Assembly: GCF_000281045.1 (NCBI RefSeq)
Contig: NW_008246086.1
Location: forward strand, 174,513-216,537
DNA from: Saprolegnia diclina VS20
Taxonomy: Eukaryota
DNA length: 42,025 nucleotides
Direction: 5' to 3'
The position numbers and the translations under genes were made by a program. Each line of letters opens with the position of its first letter. Positions within the stretch are counted from its first letter, which is position 1. Below are positions 32,952-42,025 of the stretch, piece by piece. The notes under the pieces are model-generated. The model ran no database searches. It was given only the letters and a program-made list of their open reading frames with translations, and was not told where the DNA came from.

Positions 32952-35900
32952 ATGCAACGCTGGGTCGCGCTCGTGGCGTGGCGCCACCGCGTGCTGCAGA
33001 AAAAACTCAAGCGCGACCCGCTCCGTGCAAAAGAAGACGACAAAGACTGGCTCTTCCTGCTCGAGGTATGTGCGATACGCTCTGCTATGCGTGCATGTGA
33101 AGAGTAAAGAGGATACTCAGTGTGGCGTACTAGCATCGACTGCTCCTGCATGCAGTCGTGCTCTCGACAGACAACACGCAGAGCGCGTGCAGCGACCGTC
33201 GGCGACGATGGATGCAAGCGCTTCTGGATGCAGGCGACGCAAACGTCCACGGCCTCGACCGCCAGGTAGTACACTGCGACTAAAGTGTCGACGACGGCTG
33301 AAACTGCGCAGCAACGAACGCTCCTGCACCACGCCGTGCTGCAAAACTGGGGCATTGACGACATTGCGTGGGTCGTCAAGCTGTTTCCAGGCGCGGCCGG
33401 TGCTAAAGACTGCGATGTACGAGTCGCCTTGGCGAGGAGATTCTTGTGCCGACGCCATGTACTACTAGGGGTTCGCGCCCATCACGTACGCAACGTTGCG
33501 CGGGTGCTGCGACGAGGTCATTCTGCAAATGGCCATCGCCGTGGCTAAAGCCGTATACGCTGACGCCTCGCAGAGCTTTGACGATGGCAACTACGAAGGC
33601 TGCAAGCGGGTACTTCGTCCGCTCGGCGGGACGACACTGCATGCTGTCTCAATAGCTCCTGGCGACCGCGACGAAAGAAGCGCTCTCGGCAGTGCCCCAC
33701 TTTGACTATGCCCGCGTGCAGGTCGTCGCTACAACTGCTAGCGACAGTGACTAAAGCGTTGTTTAGGCGGCGCTCTTGCTCGAGGCCAAATCGGCGAGCG
33801 TCGAGCTCCTCGAGTACTGGGCTGGCTTCATTGCTCTCTGGGGCTACTTTGACCCACCGGAAATCATTGAAGACTTGACGCCTAAGCGACGCGTGGCGCT
33901 CGGGTCGCACGTCGCGCTAATAGTTGCGGCCAAGGGCGAGCCGCTCTCCTACCAATGGTACTGCGGCGACGATGTACTCGCAGGCTGCACGAGCGCGACG
34001 CTCGACGTCACCGACAGCGCGGCACCGGAAGACGAAGGCCAGTACTGGTGCCGCATCACGAATTGGCGCGGCGGCGTCTGCTCGTCCATGCTGACGTTGC
34101 TCGTGCACGGTAGACAGCCACCAATATGTACGATGGACAATGATGTGATTGTCGTAGATGACACGGTGGTTGTCGACCCGAGCACGCGCTATTACATTCC
34201 AAAAGACTTGCGGCGCGGCGCGTACTTTAACGTGATTGGCAACACGGGCGCGGTCCTCGAGCACGGCGGCGTGCAGCTGCTCGTGCCGCCGGGAAGCTTC
34301 CGCGTCGTCGATCTGTACGACTCCGACTTGGCGAGTACGCGCGGCATGGACGTGTGCATGCACGTGACAACGACCGCACCCGAGGTCGTGCAGCAACCGC
34401 TTGACGAAGACTTTCGGGTCCTTGTGAGTCCTCTTGTCGCACTTTGTCCGACCGAGCTCGATGCATTTTTGACACCATGGACTCTGCGATTGCCACATAG
34501 CGCAGCCTCAGACACGATGGATCTTCTCGTATTGGAGCTCGTCGTCATCGACCTCGATGGCAACCACGCATTCCGGCACGTTCCTGCATCGCACTGCCGG
34601 TTGCATCTCGTCATCGTTGTCGAGACAATATTGAGCGTTGCGTTGTAGACTGCACGAGACTTATGTCGACGTTGATGTGCTCGCGCTCGGGACGTTTGCA
34701 GTCGCTCAACGTGCGCGCCACGATGAGCAGCCCAAACAACGGGTACCTTTGGTCTACATGAACCTACAAAACGACGGTTTCAGATGTCACTGGCGCTGCT
34801 TATCCCGCCGGTCCTGTCCACGGGTCCGTCGTTGAGCGTGAACGTTCACGCGTGGGTCTTCCCGACCCGGCTGGACGCGACCGAGGCGATGGCGACCATG
34901 CTCGCAGCGGACGCGGACGACGTCGTGCTGCTTGACACGCTCTCCATTGAGGTGCGCGGCCCAAGTATGAAGGCGCATCTTCGCTTCAACCGCGAGACCT
35001 TGACGGGCAGCATCGGTGGCGGCAGTCTTCTCGAGTACGTCGGTGTCGTCCCGCTCCAGCTCGATACGGCCGAGTCGTGCGCCATGCGTGGCTTTATGCT
35101 TGTGGCCAAGGCTTTCGAAGCCGGCCTTTACCGCAAACTTGTGCGCGAGCGCTCGTACGACGCCGTGGTGCTGCTGCCCGTCACGTCAACACGTACGTGA
35201 TCGCACAATGACTTGTCATCGTGATCACATTGCTTTTTGTAATAGCATGTGAGGGCCCGACGCAGGCGCGGCTCTTGCGGCACAACCCGTTTGGCATCCA
35301 AGTGTCGTGGGCGAGCCCGGTACAGAATGCGTCGTCGCTGCCGAGCACCGTTCTCGTCGAGCTCGCACCATTCTCCAAGACGTTCTGGGACCGGTACAAG
35401 GACATTTGGTGGTTTGAGAGGTTGGACAGACTTTTGTTGACTCTTCTTTAAGGGAGCTGTGAGATAGAGGACACCTCTCGATCGTACAGCGGCTATACCG
35501 TGTCGTGCACCGTGGCTCCACGAGTGACGAGCCGACGACTTTCATATTTTCGGATGTTCACGCAGCCGCGCTGCGTGTGACAATCGTCAACCAAGACCAC
35601 GTCGGCACGTACTGCCCGCCCGTGCTCCTGACGCCAGGTAGCATGCATCAACAATCTCATGCCATAGACAAATCTAGTACCATACGCTGTATTCTTGTAG
35701 ACACATTGGACAAGGACGACGACGACGACCCACTCTTGACAGGGGCCGCGGTACCTGTCGACGCGCATGTGTCACCGTCGCTGCGCGCCAACCAGCGTGC
35801 GCTTCTCGCTCTCGTCCAAAATGTCTATGGCAGCCGCGATTTGGTCGATTGGTTTGGCGTTGACGCTGCGAGCCTACTCGCATGGCTCGATGCGCAAAAG

Positions 35901-37039
35901 CTCGTACTGCGGACGACACAGTACAGCGTCGCGCTGCTTCTCGCAGGCCTCCAGCGACTCGAAGCGCTCGCGGCGAACGTTCCTTGCCACCGCGCACCGA
36001 CTTGTTTCTTTGTCCGAGTGTTTAGTCGCCTTCAGCGCGTTCTGCCTGGTACGCTGCTCCGAGAAGCGCAATGGCAGCGTGGCGATATGTGTTCTTGTTG
36101 CTACTAGCTCTGGACGCACAGCTATCGAGCGACGAGTCGGCGAACACAGAGGCCCTCGTGCTCCTCTTGCATCGCACGCTCCATGTAGGCACTGCAGTCG
36201 CCCTTCTGCTGCATCAAACTCATGCTCCGCTAGTCGCTCTTTACTACGGTGTACAACTGCGTAGCGCCCGGATGGCTCGCGACGTAGGCAAACTGCCCAT
36301 TATGATAGTAGTCTGACGGTGCCCCATCGTAGCTTTCTCATCTCGGAGACCGCCAGCGTGGCGTCGACGCTGGCGCGTGCGCTCGAAGACCTCGCGTCGA
36401 CCTGCGATACCCATGCGTTCTTTGGTCCCGTGCCCGAGCTACTAATGCTGTTTGCGACAGCCCGCGAGACGTACGTGGCCCAGCTCGTGATGGACAAGGA
36501 CGAGCTCCGGCGACAGCACGCATGGAGTCTGCTGCGGTCGCCGACTTTGTCGATGCCTGTGGCGGCGACGTACCTGAGCGCCCTCTTCCAGGTAGCTCAT
36601 CCACTTGCATGGGCCAAAGCCTTATCGTGTGGCTGCACAGAGAGAGGATGTGCTGGCCGAGCTCCAGCGCGCGGACGCGATGGCCGAGGCGCATGCGATC
36701 GCGATTGAGCGCAACACGCTCGCTTCGCGCATCTTGCATCTGTACCCGAGCGACAAGGACGCCGTCGAGTACACGGTGCACGTGGTCGTGCGCTTCGGTG
36801 GCGATGTCATCGACGTCGACTGCCTCCGCGTCATCACGGTCAAGAACGCGACGCTGGGTGTGCGCGTGAACGGCGCCGTGGCCTTTGACCCGCTGTCGCG
36901 CACCGCGACCTTTGTGCCCACGGTACCTCTGGAGGCGCGGTCGACCTTCAAGCTCAAGCTGCGCGCCGAGGCCATCACGTCCTGGCTGGGGCCGCTGACG
37001 TCGACGCTCAAAGTATCGTTTTCGACCAAGCCCAAATAA
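32952..37039 (+). CDS. Large multidomain protein: ankyrin-like repeats, Ig domain, ZU5(-UPA), FN3-like, C-terminal Big_5/SbsA-type Ig fold; many exons (could be two genes)
   Basis: RTLLHHAV...KDCD/GFAPITYA (ANK); GEPLSYQWY...EDEGQYWCRITNWRG (Ig); GGVQLLVPPGSF...VSPLVAL...WTLRLPHSA (ZU5); IQVSWASP (FN3); VRVNGAVAFDPLSRTATFVPTVPLEARSTF (Big_5). Confidence 0.68.
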
Positions 37040-37110
37040 TTATATTAATAATAATATTGCACGTCCGCCAATCAAACGAAATTCGGCAAAATCCCAAAAA
37101 TTCAAAAAAT

Positions 37111-38876
37111 ATGCTGCGGATCGCCCGGAGTCGGCCGCTGCTGCGCCTCTTCTCGACCGAGGCCAAGAAGCGCAAGGTCAAGGTCGCGCTCGTGAGCGGC
37201 TACCTTGGCACGGGCTACCATGGCGTGCAGCTGCAGGACACCAATGGCGTTCCAACCGTCGAGAACGAAGTGCGCGCTGCGCTCTTCAAGGCCGGCTGCA
37301 TCCTCGAGTCCAACCTTGCCGACCTCTCCAAGATCGGCTGGTCGCGCAGTAGCCGTACCGACAAGGGTGTCCACGCGAGCTGCATTGTCGTACGTTGCAC
37401 ATGCATATGGACCGTTCTCGATGTCCTGTCTGTTAGTTTTCCGCCAAGCTGCTCGTCGACAGCGACAGCATCGACGAGACGAACGGTCGGCTGCGTGGCC
37501 TGCCCGAGGCCATCAACGCGCACCTGCCGCCGTCGATCCGCATGTTCACCGCCACCAAGGTGCACCAGTCGTTCCGCGCCCGCGAAGACTGCACGCTGCG
37601 CGAGTACGAGTACTTTTTGCCGCTCTCGTTTCTTGCGCCGCTCGCGACCAACGGGCAGTCGGTCGACGCGATGGCCGACACGATCCTCGCCACGCTGCCG
37701 CGCTACGAAGGCATCTTTGACTTTCACAACTTTACCAAGCAGCGCGGGTCCTTCTACAAGGAGAAGGACCGCCGCGTCGCCAAGCGCATGGCCAAGGACG
37801 CCATGAGCGACGACGACGAGGTGCTCGAGGACGACGACGACGACGACGATCTCGCGGTGCCCAATGATATTTCCATCGAGAATGGCACGCGGCGGTCACT
37901 GCAGCGCCATCGCCGCACGATCTACCGCTGCCGCGGGTCGCTCATCACGGACTTTCATGGGAGCCCGTACCTGCGCGTGCACTTGACAGGCGCCTCGTTC
38001 CTCCTCAACCAGATCCGCTGCATGGTCGGCGCGGCCATTGCCGTCGCGACCGGCCATCTCTCGCCCATGATGTTTGACGCGGCGCTTGGTACACTTGCTC
38101 GTCTCGGCGCTTGCACTCACAAAACACTTGAACAGAAACCACTCAGATCGTCCGTGTGCCGACCGCGCCGGCCGAGGGCTTGGTGCTCTCGAGCTGCGCG
38201 CTCGGCGGGAAGCGGCCGCTCATCTCGCTCGTCCACGATCACAACACTCCTTCCGCGCTCGAAATGAAGAAGTTTGAGGCGCCGCACCGCATTCTGCTCA
38301 CGTCGACCGAGTGCGACGCGCTGGGCGCCTTTCGCCATGATGTACGCACCTCGCTACCGTTATGCTACGATGCTACCTCGTATTAGGTCATCTACAAGGA
38401 GGTCGACCGTGCATGGAAGACGAGCGAGGCGGTCGCCAAGTGGCCGAGCACGCTCGCCATCTTCCACGAACGCTTCCTCGAGCAGCAAGCGCATCTGCCT
38501 GTGCTCCAAGCTGCCGTCGCCGCGCTGCGCCAAAACGACGCCGAGAAGCTTGCCGCGAGTATGCGTGTCGTTCAGCAGGCGCGCCGCGACGAAGACCCGA
38601 TCCGGTGCCTTCCGCGGGCCTTCTCGACATCGCTAAGTATTCGGTTTGGCCTAACCCCAGGCAACTACGTCACGGACATTCTTATTGCCGTCAAGCAGGT
38701 CGACAGTTCGCTGCATGCTGCGGTATTGTTGGCTTATGATGGTAAATGGATAGAGCGTGCTGAGTGGCGTCGTGCCCGTGGACGCTACGGAAGAGGACTT
38801 GCTCGCGTTTGTCGACGACGTGGGCGTCGACAAGCTCGCAGCCCGCGGCCAGCGCATCCGACTGCGTCAAGGATAG
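37111..38876 (+). CDS. TruA/PUS1-family tRNA pseudouridine synthase, probably mitochondrial, multi-exon
   Basis: GYLGTGYHGVQ, SRTDKGVHA (catalytic Asp), REYEYFLP, FHNFT, GASFLLNQIRCMVG, PTAPAEGLVL; presequence-like MLRIARSRPLLRLFST. Confidence 0.9.
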
Positions 38877-38943
38877 AAATGTTTAGTTTTTTACGCAATG
38901 CGATCGTACAGAATATATTCCACTGTTTTCGGTTGACGAGAAA

Positions 38944-39333
38944 TCACGGCGCAGCGAAGCGCACCGAGACGCTGTTGACGCAGTGACGCTGGTCCGTCGG
39001 CGTCTTGAACCCTTCGCCCGTGAAGACATGACCCATGTGACCGCCGCAGGCCGCGCAGATGATCTCGGTGCGTCGCCCGTCGACGTCGGGCTGCGACAAA
39101 ATCGCGCCAGGAATCGCGTCAAAGAAGGCGGGCCAGCCGCAGCCCGAGTCAAACTTGGTCTCGGACTTGTACAAGGGCGCGTCGCAGCCCGCGCAGTGGT
39201 AGACACCCGACTCGTAGTGCTTGTTGTACTCGCCGGTGCCCTTGGCTTCCGTGCCCTTCTCGCGGAGGATGCGGAATTGCTCCTTCGAGAGCTTCACTTG
39301 CCACTCGCCTTCACTCAGGTTGACGCTCGTCAT
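38944..39333 (-). CDS. msrB: Methionine-R-sulfoxide reductase B, copy 1
   Basis: LREKGTE, CAGC and CAAC zinc ligands, KFDSGCGWPAF, GHMGHVF, RHCVNS. Confidence 0.96.
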   Translation of the reverse strand: MTSVNLSEGEWQVKLSKEQFRILREKGTEAKGTGEYNKHYESGVYHCAGCDAPLYKSETKFDSGCGWPAFFDAIPGAILSQPDVDGRRTEIICAACGGHMGHVFTGEGFKTPTDQRHCVNSVSVRFAAP

Positions 39334-40024
39334 GTGGACGATTCGAAAATGAAAATGAGATCTGAAAGGACTGCGACAGGAACCACTTGAAGTTGGAACG
39401 GCCGCGAACGCTCGTTGTGTCTTCCGTCCTCGTCCAGGGCCGCGCCACCCCTCGACGTATCGAAATGACAGGCCGTAGCATCATCACCGCGCAGCACCCC
39501 TCCTCCCTCCTACGTGGCGATCTTGTGTTGCTGTATGAGCCACAACCCCTACCCCTTCGCGCCACTTCGTTCCATGTGACCTCTGGTGTTCCTCGGACGA
39601 ACTCAATCATCCTCGACACCGAATCAGTGTCTGGTCGATAGAGTCGTCTGGCAGGCGAGAAGGAAGGCTACTCGGCTGTGGACGGCGCGAACCTTCCAGG
39701 CACGGAGCTCAATTTTTCTTGCACTGGCGTCGTGACGAGCTACTGGGAATTCGGTGGGCGAGACCAGTGGTACAGGCATGGGTGCCAGTCGCACGGGCGT
39801 CCTCTGGGGGTAGACCACCAGTCGACAAGGCGCGAAGAGCTGCCCATTAGGATGACCGTGCCCCACGGACGCGTTGCTTTTTAAATTCAAAATGAATACA
39901 AAGCGCTTTGAAATGTTGGCAGAGTGTAGGTCACGTCGAATCCGGAACATTCCGATTTGGGCAGCTTTGGCGGTTGAAACCAGGATCCGCCGTCAATTTC
40001 CACTTTTGACCGGCCGGCAGCAGC

Positions 40025-40414
40025 ATGACGAGCATCAACCTCAGCGAAGGCGAGTGGCGGACCAAGCTCTCCAAGGAGCAGTTCCGCGTGCTGCGCGAGA
40101 AGGGCACAGAGCGCGCGGGTACCGGCGAGTACAACAAGCACTACGACGAGGGCGTCTACCACTGCGCCGGCTGCGACGCGCCCTTGTACAAGTCGAGCCA
40201 CAAGTTTGACTCGGGCTGCGGCTGGCCCGCCTTCTTTGACGCGCTTCCCGGCGCGATCACAGCCATCCCGGACGAAGATGGCTATCGCGTCGAGATTGTC
40301 TGCGCGGCCTGCGGCGGCCACATGGGCCATGTCTTCAAGAACGAAGGCTTCAAGAACCCGACCAACGAGCGCCACTGCGTCAACAGCGTCTCGATCCGCT
40401 TTGCGCCAGCGTAA
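40025..40414 (+). CDS. msrB: Methionine-R-sulfoxide reductase B, copy 2
   Basis: Same motifs; about 80% identical to copy 1 by manual alignment. Confidence 0.96.
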   Translation: MTSINLSEGEWRTKLSKEQFRVLREKGTERAGTGEYNKHYDEGVYHCAGCDAPLYKSSHKFDSGCGWPAFFDALPGAITAIPDEDGYRVEIVCAACGGHMGHVFKNEGFKNPTNERHCVNSVSIRFAPA

Positions 40415-40646
40415 GCTTATAACGAATGCACACCTCCTTCATATCTGCTTCTACCGCGTCCATGGCTCCTCGTCCTTCGACAGCCAATGTCCACTTTTCC
40501 CACAAGAATCTCTACCTCGGGAGCACGGTGCGTCGTCCCTTCAAAGGGCAGGTGGAACCGAAAAGAACATGCATCTTATTTACACGCATACAGAAGAACA
40601 CCGTTGGGGCCTATATACCAAGTATACATCGCGCGGCAGGACAAGC

Positions 40647-42025
40647 TCATGCCGAGTAGGGCAGCGGGATGGCGGTGCCAACGACGACGAGACCTGCAAA
40701 CGGCTGGAGCTGGCTCGCGCTCAGCCCGAGCTTGCGTTGGGCCAAGAGCATTGCTCGCCGCTTGGCACTCTCGTCAAGGCGCTGCTGGCTCTGCTCGCGG
40801 AGCGCGAGCGCTTCGATGCGGCGCGCGAGCTTTTGGACCCGCGCCACATCACGGGCCCGTCGACTCTGCGCCCGCGCGCCAACTGCCCGCGCTTGGAGTA
40901 GTGCCACGCGCCGCCGTTCGGCGTGGAGCGCGATCGTCGCTGCCATCGCTGTCTTGACGGCCGCGTCGACAACGTCCGTCGACTGCCGCTCAAGGCGCGC
41001 AAACGTCACGCGCTGGATCGTGCGTCGCGCCGTCTCTTGCTTGGCCTCGCGCACGTCGTCTCGACGGTCGGCAGCGTTTCCATGGCGCATGGCTGCGACG
41101 AACCCGCGCTCGGCCCGCGCGTCGGCGAGGTATTTCTACATGCAAATGATCAAGGTTTCAATCTTTCAATGTGGCAGAGTGCAATTTCGTACCTGCCGCC
41201 CGGCGACGAGTGCGCGTGCGAGGAGGTGCGACCGCGCGCGCTGCGTCCGAGCAATCGATGTGCGCAAGCCTGCGCTCTCCATGCCGTACGCGTACGTCAG
41301 TCGACGCGCCTCTTCCCTGCTCGCGAGCCGCCGACGCACAATCTCGCCTTGGGCAGCAAAGAAAATGGCGGCCGCGACCTTGTCGGCCATATATAAAAGA
41401 CGCTTCTCGTCGGCGCGCAAAAGACGAAACTCAAGATGCGCCCGAAGCGACTCGGTGGCAAACTGCACGCGGAGGCGCGCGGCGTCACGCTTCGCAGCCG
41501 CTTCGTCGGCGCCGGCGCGGATCGCCGCCAGATGCAGCGCCCGACGGATCTCGGCCGACCGAAGCCGCACAAACGAGCGCGACCGAAGGCACTGGGCACG
41601 AAACTGCGCTGTATGGTCCCGCCGCTCGCGCACGCGCTGTGTATGGAGCCAGCGCGCATGCGCCGCCTGGGCTTGCGCATGTTGCAGCTCGGCGACCCGG
41701 AGCGCGGCGAGCATCACCTTGCGCCCGGCGGTCCGCGCAACGTACTGCGCCTGCGTCGCGAGCACGTGCGCGACGCGTTCGTGGCGAAGACCAATGAGTT
41801 GACAAAAGATGGTGCACTGCTGGTCCCGTCGCCGTCGCGCGGCAGCCGCGTGCTTCTCGCTGCTGCACAACTGAAGGCATGCGACGCGCTCGGTAAGAAC
41901 GTCGGCGTGGCGGTGGCATACGACACGGGCATACCAGTTGCGCGCGGCGCACGAAGCGCGGCGGCGCTCGAGCCATGCCTCGCGCCGCTTGGTTGCTTGC
42001 GCCAGCTTGTCCTTGAGCGCCCACG
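40647..42025 (-). CDS. Arg/Ala-rich coiled-coil hypothetical protein, 5' end outside the window
   Basis: Consecutive helical ORFs (41166-41870, 40647-41090) joinable by a GT-AG intron near 41135-41192; no family recognised. Confidence 0.55.

Noticed and set aside
38944..38946. TGA of MsrB copy 1 as selenocysteine
   Set aside because: It lies at the normal C-terminus (TAA in copy 2) and the catalytic residue is an ordinary Cys.

Overview
Gene-dense, GC-rich eukaryotic scaffold with very short (about 40-60 nt) GT-AG introns and three N gaps. The style suggests an oomycete of the Saprolegniales (inference). Genes in order: two paralogous small orphan genes, a URI1-like prefoldin carrying an inserted TPR domain, DNA primase small subunit, two tandem class I HDACs, a disrupted orphan locus, an ICL/PEP-mutase-family lyase, RFC1, JMJD6, CFDP1/Swc5, a small PDZ-FN3 protein, a TM-RanBP2 zinc finger-HECT E3 ligase, histidine ammonia-lyase with a roughly 60-aa insertion, a CDK9/12-type kinase, a coiled-coil protein, RPL12, a large ANK-Ig-ZU5/UPA-FN3-Big_5 protein, a TruA-family pseudouridine synthase, two head-to-head MsrB genes and a partial coiled-coil gene. 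The most interesting signal not shown by the ORF track is a cluster of candidate C/D-box snoRNAs just downstream of RPL12 on the same strand. It carries 10-13 nt 18S rRNA antisense guides, one of which predicts the yeast snR57 site Gm1572. One candidate has compensatory non-canonical C/D boxes inside a 35-bp inverted repeat. All family and domain calls come from motif recognition by eye; no searches were run.
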